From assembly GCA_041571435.1 (NCBI GenBank), contig JBFFUI010000024.1:1-32854 (forward strand): a DNA stretch of 32,854 nucleotides. The letters run 5' to 3'. Positions 17,816 to 27,312 of this stretch are shown here, one piece after another. How positions within the stretch are numbered: the first letter of the stretch is position 1; each line of letters starts with the position of its first letter. The notes under the pieces are model-generated. The model ran no database searches. It was not told the DNA's origin and worked only from the letters and a program-made list of their open reading frames with translations. Position numbers and translations under genes: made by a program. Origin of the DNA: Sulfurimonadaceae bacterium. GTDB taxonomy: Bacteria; Campylobacterota; Campylobacteria; Campylobacterales; Sulfurimonadaceae.

Positions 17816-18766
17816 ATGTCAGATAAAATGTATCAACTTGCCATTATCGGGGCGGGACCTGCGGGTATTGCAGCGGCAGTGGAGTGCTATTTGCTTGGGA
17901 TGAGAGACATCATCCTTCTTGAAAAAGATGAGAACCATAACGCAACGATCCGCAAATTTTATAAAGACAACAAACGTGTCGACAAGGACTGGAAAGGCCA
18001 GAAGGTCGAGCTTGACGGCAACATCTATTTTATTGACGGGACCAAAGAGAGCACCCTGGACTTTTTTGATGAGGTGCTTGAAAAACACTCCGTCGAGTTG
18101 AAGACCCATACTGAAGTGCAGAAGATCGTCAAGCACGAGAACCATTTTGAAGTGATGATCACGGGCAGTTCGATCCTGGCAAAACATGCCGTCGTGACCA
18201 TCGGGCGGATGGGCAAACCCAACAAACCGGACTACAAGATCCCGGGGAGTATCAAAAAACAGGTCAATTTTACCCTGGACAGCTGTTCGGAAAACGAGAA
18301 GGTGCTGGTCGTCGGCGGGGGTGATTCGGCCATCGAGTACGCAGTCGATTTGGCTGACAAAAACACGGTAAGCATCTGCTACCGCCGCGAGAACTTTCGC
18401 CGTGCCAACCCGACCAATCAAAAAGACATTGCCGATGCACTGGAAAAAGGACGTGTCAGAGCGATCCTCGGCGTTAATATTATGGCGCTAGAAGATGACG
18501 ACGGGAAGGTCAGAGTCATACTGGACGAAGGCGAAGCGGAGAGCTACGACAGGGTCATCTACGCCATCGGCGGAACCACGCCAAGCGCCTTTTTGAGCGC
18601 CTCAGGCATCGATATTGAAGATGGCAAACCGGTGCATGATGATAACTATATGAGTAATGTAGAAGGGCTCTATGTCGCGGGAGACATTACGCAGGAGAGC
18701 GGTGGTTCCATCGCGCTCGGTCTAAATCACGGCTACGCAATAGCCAACCACATCTTAAAGGGCTGA
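17816..18766 (+). CDS. TrxB-like NAD(P)/FAD oxidoreductase lacking CxxC (FqrB-type flavodoxin/ferredoxin-NADP reductase)
   Basis: IIGAGPAG, VVGGGDSA, YVAGDI; no redox-active CxxC; upstream TGCTAGAAT promoter-like motif. Confidence 0.8.
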   Translation: MSDKMYQLAIIGAGPAGIAAAVECYLLGMRDIILLEKDENHNATIRKFYKDNKRVDKDWKGQKVELDGNIYFIDGTKESTLDFFDEVLEKHSVELKTHTEVQKIVKHENHFEVMITGSSILAKHAVVTIGRMGKPNKPDYKIPGSIKKQVNFTLDSCSENEKVLVVGGGDSAIEYAVDLADKNTVSICYRRENFRRANPTNQKDIADALEKGRVRAILGVNIMALEDDDGKVRVILDEGEAESYDRVIYAIGGTTPSAFLSASGIDIEDGKPVHDDNYMSNVEGLYVAGDITQESGGSIALGLNHGYAIANHILKG

Positions 18767-18800
18767 TGTCACTGCACCTTGTGTCTAACGCTACTTGCTG

Positions 18801-19184
18801 CTAATAGGTGTCATAGGCCCACGACGCTATCTCTTCAATCGTCTCGGAAGGGAGCTGGCCTTTTTGAGTGGGCATAACGCCGAATTGGGAAAAACAGGTG
18901 GCACGGCATATGCCTTTATCGATGCTCGGCTGCAAGACATAATCTTTTATAAAGGCAACGGTAACGGCCTTTTTCACATCGTCATCATCTATCTTCACCT
19001 CTATCACGTTCTTGAGCCGCTGTATGACAATACTCATCGGCGGTGCCAGCAGGCCCGCTCTTTTCTTTTTCATCTCTTTAAAGCTTGTTTTCTCTTTGAG
19101 GTGACAGGTTTGACAATATTGGTCAAACAAGCTTTCCGATGCCCACAATGTGTATGAGGTTAAGAGGATGATTAATAGTTTCAT
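18801..19184 (-). CDS. Periplasmic monoheme cytochrome c
   Basis: Signal peptide, CQTCH, APPM, FGVMP (candidate axial Met). Confidence 0.85.
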   Translation of the reverse strand: MKLLIILLTSYTLWASESLFDQYCQTCHLKEKTSFKEMKKKRAGLLAPPMSIVIQRLKNVIEVKIDDDDVKKAVTVAFIKDYVLQPSIDKGICRATCFSQFGVMPTQKGQLPSETIEEIASWAYDTY

Positions 19185-19190
19185 GAGAAG

Positions 19191-19222
19191 AGAATAGACC
19201 GATGAGATTACGACAAGATGAC
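19191..19222 (-). promoter_or_regulatory. OmpR/PhoB-type direct-repeat box plus -10, leaderless layout
   Basis: Minus strand GTCAT-N6-GTAAT-N10-TATTCT-N6-ATG. Confidence 0.5.
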
Positions 19223-19266
19223 GGCAGGGTATCAGCCGGGTAACAGAGTCCCCCTCTCGCAGGAAG

Positions 19267-20448
19267 CTATCTGTTTTGTTGCGTAAAGGCGTTTGGCAGA
19301 GCGTCCGGCTTGGGCTCTTTGTGAATAAGCTTGATCAGTACGGTTACGACGATCACCTGGAAAAGCGCCGCGAGGATGAATGCAAAGTAGTGGAGTTTAT
19401 CAATACTGCTGCTGTGATACGCGATGGTTGCAACAGCGATGAGAAGGGTCAAAGGCATGGAGTGGCTGAGACCGAGCAAGATCGCAGAGCGGTATCCCAG
19501 AATATTTTTAAAGACAAGGGCACCGGCGACCCGCATAGCGACCATGGCCGCGGTGATCACCAGTGATGTGGTGACAAGGCCCTCCATAAGCAGCGATTCA
19601 AGATTGAAAGTGCTGCCGATATAGATAAAGAAGACCGGGATCAAAAAGCCGAAGCCGTAACTGGCCAGTCGGTGCGGAAGGTCCTGCTTGTGGGTGAAAA
19701 AAGTAGGGATGAACATACCGGCGATAAAGGCACCGAATGCAAGTTCAAGATGCAGGTAGAGCATAACGGAAACAAGAATAAGCAGGATTCCTATAGAGAG
19801 ACGAAGGTCCTGCTCCTGGTTGTCTTCATGCGGCATAAGGGCTGTTCCGACTTCCGGAAACCACCAAAAGAGAATCTGCAGGGCACGAAAGAGCAGATAG
19901 ATGATAAAGATAAAAAGTATCAAGGCCCCCATTGACTTGAGAAATTCAAGCCCGAACCCTTCCTGCAGAGCCGTAGAGGTAAGCGTCAAGGCGGCAATAC
20001 TGATGACCTCGCCGATGCCCCCTGCTGTCATGCCCAGTGTCAGCCACGGGGTCTTGCCGTACTCTTTGGAGAGGGTCACGACCAGCCCGACAGAGATAAG
20101 CGGCAGCAAGACGATAAAGATCTTTCCGAGGTCGAAATAAAGCGTAAATGTGATGGAGAAGAGGTAGAGCAGTGCGAGGTAGATCAAGATCCGTTTCATC
20201 AAGGCGCTGTTGGTACGCAGCACCTTTTTAAGATCGACCTCGGTACCGGCGATAAACATCAGGTAGAGAAAACCGACCTCGGCTACAAGCTCAAAAAGGT
20301 AGTGGTGATGTAAAAAACCGGCATAGGCAAAAATTGCCCCCAAAATGATCTCTATAGGGGTGGTTGGCATCTTTATAAGCTTCGCGATAAACGGCGAAAA
20401 GATAACAATCAAAGAGAGGGCTATTAGGAGTGTAATATCATCAAACAT
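19267..20448 (-). CDS. Cation:proton antiporter (CPA2/NapA-like)
   Basis: About 12 TM; AEVGFLYLMFIAGTEVDL, AFGAFIAGM, GFLIPVFFIYIG; start MFDDITLL chosen because the longer ORF overlaps the divergent gene. Confidence 0.88.
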   Translation of the reverse strand: MFDDITLLIALSLIVIFSPFIAKLIKMPTTPIEIILGAIFAYAGFLHHHYLFELVAEVGFLYLMFIAGTEVDLKKVLRTNSALMKRILIYLALLYLFSITFTLYFDLGKIFIVLLPLISVGLVVTLSKEYGKTPWLTLGMTAGGIGEVISIAALTLTSTALQEGFGLEFLKSMGALILFIFIIYLLFRALQILFWWFPEVGTALMPHEDNQEQDLRLSIGILLILVSVMLYLHLELAFGAFIAGMFIPTFFTHKQDLPHRLASYGFGFLIPVFFIYIGSTFNLESLLMEGLVTTSLVITAAMVAMRVAGALVFKNILGYRSAILLGLSHSMPLTLLIAVATIAYHSSSIDKLHYFAFILAALFQVIVVTVLIKLIHKEPKPDALPNAFTQQNR

Positions 20449-20455
20449 AGGGATG

Positions 20456-20464
20456 ATTATAGCA
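20456..20464 (-). promoter_or_regulatory. Consensus extended -10 (TGCTATAAT) 7 nt before the antiporter ATG
   Basis: Minus strand TGCTATAAT-CATCCCT-ATG; no Shine-Dalgarno sequence. Confidence 0.65.
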
Positions 20465-20527
20465 GGATATACAGTTATAGAACTTATGTTAGAATATTTG
20501 GACAGTGAGACAATGAAGGGTGTATGC

Positions 20528-21121
20528 ATGAATTTTAAAACGATGACGTTAATAGCTTTTTTGATGACGACGATGGTCACTTTCACGGCCTGTTCGAGCG
20601 GACCGAAACCGGATGAGATCGATGCCGATGAAGATCTGAAATGTACAAAAAACGGTGCCCCGGCACCGGAATGGGTCTGTAAAAATGTTGTCGGTGACAA
20701 TATGCAGACGGCAGTTGGGCACAGTGACTACAGCCGCATCGGGGAAAACTTTATGCTGCAAGAGGCGACCTCTGACGGTCAAGAAGCGATGCAAAAAGTG
20801 GTCTCAGACTATATTGAAGACGCGCTAGCCGGCTTTTCACGTCAGATCGGCGGCAAGGTGGCCGCAATGACGGATAGTATTGCGCCGGATATTGCAGAAG
20901 AGATCAGTAAGACCAAGCGCGAAGACTATAAACAGATCAGATTGTGGAGCAACCCTACTGACAGCTCAATAGAGGTGCTGATGGCCGTTCAGAACAAAAA
21001 CGTCAATAAAGATGTGCGTCAAAAGCTGCTGCTGGCACTTCAAAAAGATGATGCGGTATTTAAAGAGTATGAAGAGAATGACGGTGAAGATATTCTGGAT
21101 GATCTTCTGCCGTTAGATTAA
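20528..21121 (+). CDS. LPP20-like lipoprotein
   Basis: Lipobox FTAC, GAPAPEWVC, AVG...A.SDG pattern of Lpp20-type proteins; AAGGG RBS before 20528. Confidence 0.7.
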   Translation: MNFKTMTLIAFLMTTMVTFTACSSGPKPDEIDADEDLKCTKNGAPAPEWVCKNVVGDNMQTAVGHSDYSRIGENFMLQEATSDGQEAMQKVVSDYIEDALAGFSRQIGGKVAAMTDSIAPDIAEEISKTKREDYKQIRLWSNPTDSSIEVLMAVQNKNVNKDVRQKLLLALQKDDAVFKEYEENDGEDILDDLLPLD

Positions 21122-21165
21122 CCATTAAATGCCGAGAGGATGGTTGAAAAGGTAAGTCGGGTTAC

Positions 21166-22008
21166 CTAGACTTTCTTGGCCACATCAAAACCAAGCTCTT
21201 TGATCATCTCAAGGTCACTCATCTTGTCGCGTCCTTCTGTCGTGAGATAGTTCCCGATCACGATAGAGTTGGCCCCTGCATCAAAGATCTCGTCTTGACG
21301 ATGACCAAACTGCAGTTCACGGCCGCCGGCAACCATAATACGGTCGGCATCGCTGATGATCTCACGTGCGGTTTTGATGAGGCCCAGCGCTTCGTCGGTT
21401 GTCAGCGGATTAGGGTTCAGCGGTAGAGCAGGGTTATGGTGATAAAAGTTGAGCGGAACCGAAATCGGGTTCAGGCTTTTGATCGATTTCAGCATAGAGA
21501 TACGGTCCTCTTGGGTTTCACCCATGCCGAAGATACCGCCGGTGATGAGTTTTAATCCTGCCTTGTTGACATTTTCACAGGTCTCATAGCGTTCGCGCCA
21601 GGGGTGTGTCGTACAGACCTCCGGGTAGAAGGCTTCGGCTGTTTCAAGGTTATGGTTATAGGCTTTGATACCGGCCTCTTTCAAAGTCAGCAGCTGCTCG
21701 ACAGAGGCCGTGCCGTTACAGGCGATCAGGCGAAGCTCCGGTACAGCGGCAGTGATGGCGCGTGCCACTTCACAGACAAATTTCAGTATCTTGTCATCGA
21801 TCCCTTTATTGGCTGTCACCAGACAGAAGCCGAGTGCGCCGGATGCTCTGGCCGCTTTTGCCTCTTCGACAATCGCGTCAATCGGTTTTTGGATGTAGCG
21901 CTCGATGTCCGCTTTATATTTGACGCTCTGCGAACAGAACTTGCAGTCCTCGTTGCAGGTACCGCTGTTGATGTTGGAGATGGCGCATAAAAAGATCTCT
22001 CTAGCCAT
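21166..22008 (-). CDS. bioB: Biotin synthase (radical SAM)
   Basis: CNEDCKFCSQS, YNHNLET, VPLNF, AGGRE, GANSIVIGNYLTT. Confidence 0.95.
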   Translation of the reverse strand: MAREIFLCAISNINSGTCNEDCKFCSQSVKYKADIERYIQKPIDAIVEEAKAARASGALGFCLVTANKGIDDKILKFVCEVARAITAAVPELRLIACNGTASVEQLLTLKEAGIKAYNHNLETAEAFYPEVCTTHPWRERYETCENVNKAGLKLITGGIFGMGETQEDRISMLKSIKSLNPISVPLNFYHHNPALPLNPNPLTTDEALGLIKTAREIISDADRIMVAGGRELQFGHRQDEIFDAGANSIVIGNYLTTEGRDKMSDLEMIKELGFDVAKKV

Positions 22009-22526
22009 TAGTTTGTCCTTTCAAACGAAAAGTGCTGCTCAACAAACTTTTTGGTTTTGAGCGCACGTGAGTAGTAGGTGACATTGAAGTGTGTATCGGT
22101 GACCTCAAGCATGGCACATTCGCTGACCGCTTTATTACGGGCACAGGCTTCACCCGGGTTGAGAAACAACGTACCGTTGGTGAATTCACAGTCAAAAGAG
22201 TGGGTGTGGCCATAGAGAATGATATCCGCGTCAGGTGACATATAAAAGGGCAGGTGCATCAGTTTGAACTTGGTCTTGGCCAGTTTGAAGTAGTGGGGCT
22301 CCTGGACAAGATTATAATCGTTATGGACTTCATGAAGGTGCGCATCATTGTTGCCGTAGACAGCGACATAACGCAGTCCGCTCTTCTCGAGCTGATCAAG
22401 CATTTCGGGTTTGACGATATCCCCGGCATGAACAAGAAACTCTGCACCGCTTTTGACGAGATGGTCGACCACTTTTTGGGATCGTTTCTCTTTTTTATGG
22501 GTGTCGGAGAGGATGCCTATTTTCAT
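22008..22526 (-). CDS. YfcE-family metallophosphoesterase
   Basis: SDTH, HAGD, GNND, GHTH, NPGE calcineurin-like motifs. Confidence 0.9.
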   Translation of the reverse strand: MKIGILSDTHKKEKRSQKVVDHLVKSGAEFLVHAGDIVKPEMLDQLEKSGLRYVAVYGNNDAHLHEVHNDYNLVQEPHYFKLAKTKFKLMHLPFYMSPDADIILYGHTHSFDCEFTNGTLFLNPGEACARNKAVSECAMLEVTDTHFNVTYYSRALKTKKFVEQHFSFERTN

Positions 22527-22535
22527 CGAACGCTC

Positions 22536-24773
22536 CTACTGCTGCTCTTCTACGGGTGTACGGTCTTTACATCGGACACATTCGTAGACCTCTTTGCCAC
22601 GGTAGGTGCGTCGTGCCAGTGCACCGCCGCACCCCTCGACCTGGCACTTCTTCTCGGTCGGTTCGAACTTTGAGATGAACTTACAGTTAGGGTAGTCTTC
22701 ACATCCCCAGAACGGCCCGCGGCGCGACTGGCGGTAGACAAGTTTTTGTCCGCACTCCGGACAAGGTGTTTTTGACTCTTTGGTTTCAACCTCCATGGAC
22801 TTCGTGTTTTTGCACTCAGGGTAGTTGCTGCAAGCCAAAAACTTTCCGTTACGACCGTTTTTGATCACCATGTCTCCGCCACATTTTTCACACTTCTCAT
22901 CGGTTGTCTCGACCTTTGGTGCTTCGCCTTCTTCACCCTCTTCGGTCACCTGTTCGGTGTATTTACACTTAGGGAAGCCGCTACAGGCGATGAAGTTGCC
23001 ATAGCGTCCTGAACGAAGCAGAAGCTCCGAACCACACTGAGGGCAGTTACGGCCAAGAGGTTTGGCAAGTTTAAGAGAGACGATCTTCTCTTTACCCTCT
23101 TTAACGCGTTCGATAAACGGGAAGTAGAAGTCGCTGAGGACTTTCTGCCAGTCTTTTCCCTCTTCGGCGATTTTGTCAAGGACCTCTTCCATATTGGCCG
23201 TAAAGTTGGCATCAACGATGTCATTAAAGTGCTTCTCCAGCATCTCAATAACGGTAAAGGCGACTTCTGTCGGTGCGATCTGGCGCTTTTCGATCGTGAT
23301 GTAATTACGGGCCTGAAGTGTTGAGATGGTCGGTGCGTAGGTAGACGGACGGCCAATCCCTTCGGATTCGAGTTGTTTGATTAGGCTTGCTTCGGAGTAG
23401 CGAGACGGCGGTTCGGTAAAGTGCTGTACCGGTTTGATGGTCTCGATATTGATATCCTGCCCTTTTTCAAGCGTCGGCAGAAGCTTGTCTTTGTCATCGT
23501 TGCCGACGACTTTGTAGAAACCGTCAAAGACCAGTTTGCGTCCGCTTGCTCTGTACTCGGCACTGTCACTTTTGAAGATGATCGACTGCTGCTCAAAGAT
23601 GGCATCTTTCATCTGACAGGCCAGGAAACGGTTATAGATCAGGGTATAGAGTTTAAGTTCGTCCGGTTTCAAGAAGGCTGCGGCGATCTTGGGTGTGAAC
23701 GAGAGTATGGTCGGGCGAATCGCTTCGTGCGCTTCCTGTGCCCCTTTTGACTTTTTGTTATAGCTTTTTGGTGCTTTTGGAAGATACTGCTCACCGTAGG
23801 TGTTCTTGATGGTCTCACGGGCAGCCTCGACCGCTTCTGCAGCCATGTTCAGTGAATCGGTACGCATATAGGTGATGACTCCGGAGGTGCCTTCAGGTGT
23901 CTTGACACCTTCATAAAGCGTCTGTGCCAGCATCATGGTCTTTTTAGGCGACATGGAAAGTTTGCTTGATGCCGTCTGCTGCAGTGTCGATGTCATGAAC
24001 GGCGGCGGCGTCGAACTTTTACGCTGTTTTGTCTCGATTGAGGCAACGTTGAACGACTCCCCTTTGATGACGGCTGTCATCTCTTTCGCTTTTTCGCCGT
24101 TTTCGATAGAGAGCTTAGAGAGTTTCTCGCCTTTGTAAGTGATCAGGTTCGCATCGATGTTCGGTGCGAAAAGCGTGTCAATGGTCCAGTACTCGACAGG
24201 GATGAAGGCTTTGATCTCACGTTCACGGTCAACGACGATCTTCAGTGTCGAGGACTGTACACGACCGGCTGAAAGGCCTTTCTGGATCTTGGATGCCAAC
24301 AGAGGTGAAAGCTTATATCCCACTACACGGTCAAGAAGGCGGCGTGTCTGCTGCGCATTGACCTGGTCCATGTCGATCTTGCGCGGATTCTCCAGGGCTG
24401 CATTGATAGCCGTTTTGGTGATCTCATGAAAAACGATGCGCGGCAGCTCTTCCGGATCAAGTTTGGTCGTTTTGGCGATCGCGTGCCCGACATGCCAACC
24501 GATAGCCTCCCCCTCGCGGTCCTCATCGGTCGCGATATAGACGGTGTCGGCTTTTTTTGCCAGCTCTTTGATCTGTTTGACGGTTGCCGCATTCTCTTTG
24601 GCAACACTGTATTCGGGTGTAAGCTCTTTAGTCTCTTCATCGACTTTAATTCCGAAACGGCTCTTTGGCAGGTCGCGGATATGGCCTTTTGAGGCGATGA
24701 CTTCATACTCTTTGCCTAAAAAGTTTTTAATGGTCTTGGCTTTGGCAGGGGACTCGACGATGATGAGTTTCAA
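22536..24773 (-). CDS. topA: DNA topoisomerase I
   Basis: TTG start with AAGGA; IVESPAKAKTI, ATDEDREGE, SAGRVQS, ITYMRTDS, GIGRPSTY; C-terminal zinc ribbons. Confidence 0.98.
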   Translation of the reverse strand: MKLIIVESPAKAKTIKNFLGKEYEVIASKGHIRDLPKSRFGIKVDEETKELTPEYSVAKENAATVKQIKELAKKADTVYIATDEDREGEAIGWHVGHAIAKTTKLDPEELPRIVFHEITKTAINAALENPRKIDMDQVNAQQTRRLLDRVVGYKLSPLLASKIQKGLSAGRVQSSTLKIVVDREREIKAFIPVEYWTIDTLFAPNIDANLITYKGEKLSKLSIENGEKAKEMTAVIKGESFNVASIETKQRKSSTPPPFMTSTLQQTASSKLSMSPKKTMMLAQTLYEGVKTPEGTSGVITYMRTDSLNMAAEAVEAARETIKNTYGEQYLPKAPKSYNKKSKGAQEAHEAIRPTILSFTPKIAAAFLKPDELKLYTLIYNRFLACQMKDAIFEQQSIIFKSDSAEYRASGRKLVFDGFYKVVGNDDKDKLLPTLEKGQDINIETIKPVQHFTEPPSRYSEASLIKQLESEGIGRPSTYAPTISTLQARNYITIEKRQIAPTEVAFTVIEMLEKHFNDIVDANFTANMEEVLDKIAEEGKDWQKVLSDFYFPFIERVKEGKEKIVSLKLAKPLGRNCPQCGSELLLRSGRYGNFIACSGFPKCKYTEQVTEEGEEGEAPKVETTDEKCEKCGGDMVIKNGRNGKFLACSNYPECKNTKSMEVETKESKTPCPECGQKLVYRQSRRGPFWGCEDYPNCKFISKFEPTEKKCQVEGCGGALARRTYRGKEVYECVRCKDRTPVEEQQ

Positions 24774-24929
24774 ATAGTTTCCTTGTGGGATAGATCTGTT
24801 TATGGGCCATATAAAGGCACAAAAACTGTTTTCCTATATATAGTATAGAAAGAAAAAGTTTGAAAGTGTAGCAAAAAAAATATAAACGTGCTAATGCCGA
24901 GCGGGTTTTGTCCGGATGTTAAGCCTGGA

Positions 24930-25994
24930 TTAAAACGAACAGCCCCGATAACCATAGGTCTCCAAAACATTTTCGACGGTCTGAAGAACATGCTCCGCAT
25001 CATCAAGTGTCATCAGGTGATGTGCCGGCAGCAGAAGCTGCGCTTTGAAGACCTCTTCGGCACCGAAGAGTGAAAGGGCTTCGTCTTTGAACGCAGTTGT
25101 TTTGTAAACGGGTTTGTTGCCTACCTTGACAGGGATGCCTGCGTCAACCAGCGCTTTATAGATATCCTCTTTGGGACAGAAGAGCGCAGGAACAAGGGCA
25201 ACCTGGAAATAGGGAGCACCGATTAGGCCGGAGACGGTCGGCAGTTCAATAAGGCGGTTGGACGAAAGGCCTTTCAGGTAGATGCTTTGTATCGCATGGA
25301 CGCGCTGCTCTTTTTCGTTGATGCCACGCATAGCATTCACTGTCAATTGGGCCGTCAAAGAGGCGATGGTCAGGTTTGCATCGGTGTTGAGCACATCATA
25401 GTTCCAGAACTTTTTTTGGACATACCCGCCCCGTGCTTTATGCCGAAGCGAAGCGGCTAAAGCGTCGTTGTCCGTAGCGATGAATCCACCGCCGGCAAGT
25501 GACGCGGGGATCAAGGCATCAAGAGAGTAGAGCACCAGTTCTGCACCGCTTTTCTTTTTTTTGCCAAAGGCCTGGGTCGCATCTTCCAATAGTATGATGT
25601 CCTGTTCCTCAGCAAAACTTGAGGCTCTTTCGGCGTCCGAAAGGATGCCATGATTGTGGGAGAGAAGAAGGGCGCTGGTCCGTGCTGTGACCGATTTTGA
25701 AAACAGTCGTGTCTCCATAGTACCATCCAGTCTCAGATCACAGTATTCCGCATGCAGGCCGTGCTGAACAAGTGCGTTGAAAAGTCCAAGAGGCGCATTG
25801 GGCGAACAGAGCAGACCACACTTTTTTTCCAGAGTGGATAAGGCAATGACAAAGGCACTTTCAACAGAGTTCAGTGCAATGACCTCCCTGTAGCCGAGGT
25901 AAGAAGCCAAACTTTTTTCCAGCTCTTGGACAGCGTTGCCAGAAACTGTGTCGGTAAGCGTCAACGGGTAGCTGCTGCCTGTAAATTCTAACAT
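24930..25994 (-). CDS. DegT/DnrJ/EryC1/StrS-family (PseC-like) aminotransferase homolog lacking the PLP-binding Lys
   Basis: ELEKSLASYLG, NSVESA, LLEDATQAFG, KKFWNYDV, FCPKEDIY, KPVY, LLLPAH; start MLEFTG after AAAGGGA. Confidence 0.8.
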   Translation of the reverse strand: MLEFTGSSYPLTLTDTVSGNAVQELEKSLASYLGYREVIALNSVESAFVIALSTLEKKCGLLCSPNAPLGLFNALVQHGLHAEYCDLRLDGTMETRLFSKSVTARTSALLLSHNHGILSDAERASSFAEEQDIILLEDATQAFGKKKKSGAELVLYSLDALIPASLAGGGFIATDNDALAASLRHKARGGYVQKKFWNYDVLNTDANLTIASLTAQLTVNAMRGINEKEQRVHAIQSIYLKGLSSNRLIELPTVSGLIGAPYFQVALVPALFCPKEDIYKALVDAGIPVKVGNKPVYKTTAFKDEALSLFGAEEVFKAQLLLPAHHLMTLDDAEHVLQTVENVLETYGYRGCSF

Positions 25995-26107
25995 TATGAT
26001 CCCTTTAGCCAATGCAGACCTAGATGGTGTTGGCGTAGCATACAATCTGTTCGTATTGTAGCTAATTGAGCAAAGCCTCCGGATGTTATAGTATATTTAA
26101 TTTTTTT

Positions 26108-26116
26108 TGCTATAAT
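26108..26116 (+). promoter_or_regulatory. Extended -10 promoter of the SRP RNA gene
   Basis: T-run followed by TGCTATAAT. Confidence 0.7.
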
Positions 26117-26160
26117 TTCGCTACTTTTCAAGCGCTCAGCACCGTTCGCGGTTTTGAACG

Positions 26161-26263
26161 CTTCCCTTTAGACCTGTGCAATGGTCGTTTGGAACAATGA
26201 GTCAGGGTGGGAACACAGCAGCTCACTCCACTCGGTTATGTGCCGCAGGTATCTGGAGGGGAG
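26161..26263 (+). ncRNA. ffs: Small signal recognition particle RNA (4.5S)
   Basis: Domain IV motif GTCAGGGTG-GGAA-CACAGCAGC inside a long hairpin closed by CTTCCCTT.../...GAGGGGAG. Confidence 0.92.
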
Positions 26264-26287
26264 TACTTTTCTCACCACTTTTTCATT

Positions 26288-26335
26288 TTAATCATCGTCG
26301 TTACAGTCGTCATGCACATCAGTACACTTCCTCAT
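26288..26335 (-). CDS. Possible 15-aa acidic Cys/His micropeptide MRKCTDVHDDCNDDD
   Basis: AAGGAG-TATA-ATG; biased composition; too short to be sure. Confidence 0.25.
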   Translation of the reverse strand: MRKCTDVHDDCNDDD

Positions 26336-26468
26336 TATACTCCTTGTTAAAATCAGAAACCATATGTTTATATATTTTGAACAACTGTATTTGTACTAAA
26401 TTTTTTTCAAGAAGACAAAAACTCTTCTGCTGTATGATAAAAGATATAAGTCATCAAAGGGGTGTAGT

Positions 26469-27134
26469 ATGATACGAATGATGATAGCGATAACAGCTGT
26501 TGTATTGTTGGCCATCCTGAGCTGTAGCGGCGGTATTGATGCTCCGGTACGGGTTGCGTATAACAGTGTCTATGGCGTCAATGCCCTTAGCACGGATGAG
26601 AATATCACATTGCATGTCGGTGATGAGATGATCGAGACGGTCGTCCGGTACGATCAAAACGCTTCGCTCATCGAAAAGGCTGTCGGTAGTGATAATCACG
26701 CTTATTACAGTGTAGGAATGAGCGGTGATTACGGTGATACAGTCCTGGAAAGCAGCAGGACCTATTTTTATACGGCGACAGATTGTAATGATTCACTGGG
26801 AATAGAACAGCGGACACTGTCTCATATAGTGGATGATGACGTAAAGATCAAGATCATCAACACAACGAGTACCATTATTCCGGAAGGAAATGTCACCATT
26901 TCACTTTCAGGTGGCGGTGGAGTTGTGGTCGATTCAGGTGCAACGGAAGCATGTGCGCTAAGAACGCTTCCTATAAATAGTATAGTGGGGGATACGCTTA
27001 CGGTTGACTTTGCCGGAACGCACTATACGTACCCGATTACGGTGCAATCCTCCATCGATATCGTAATCTATGACATAGCCGACGAAAATGCTACGATTAT
27101 TCCGCTCCCCCGTCTGACAACGGATGCCCTCTAA
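26469..27134 (+). CDS. Hypothetical lipoprotein (beta-rich, loosely DUF4397-like)
   Basis: Lipobox ILSC; AAAGGGG RBS; VRVAYN ... ITLHVGD ... VRY and KIKIINT strands. Confidence 0.7.
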   Translation: MIRMMIAITAVVLLAILSCSGGIDAPVRVAYNSVYGVNALSTDENITLHVGDEMIETVVRYDQNASLIEKAVGSDNHAYYSVGMSGDYGDTVLESSRTYFYTATDCNDSLGIEQRTLSHIVDDDVKIKIINTTSTIIPEGNVTISLSGGGGVVVDSGATEACALRTLPINSIVGDTLTVDFAGTHYTYPITVQSSIDIVIYDIADENATIIPLPRLTTDAL

Positions 27135-27312
27135 AGAGGGCATTGCTTCTTTCCTCAACAATTAAATATATTGACTTAATTTTTTTTACAAGCTGAACAT
27201 TAATATTTTTTATAATAGGCTATATGAATGTTATGTGATCGGTGTTACGAGAGCAGTTTTGTTATTTGACGATACTGTTCACATAATTCGAAAAAATTCA
27301 AAAGGATCGAAG

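Noticed and set aside
17816-18766. Call as thioredoxin reductase trxB
   Set aside because: No CxxC redox centre; fits the FqrB-like reductase subgroup better
20345-20700. Apparent overlap of the extended antiporter and lipoprotein ORFs
   Set aside because: Artefact of longest-ORF calling; better-supported starts are 20448 (-) and 20528 (+)
22536-23060. Repeated Cys motifs at the topA C-terminus
   Set aside because: Ordinary topoisomerase I zinc-ribbon repeats
26176-26472. 98-aa plus-strand ORF
   Set aside because: Overlaps the SRP RNA; no RBS
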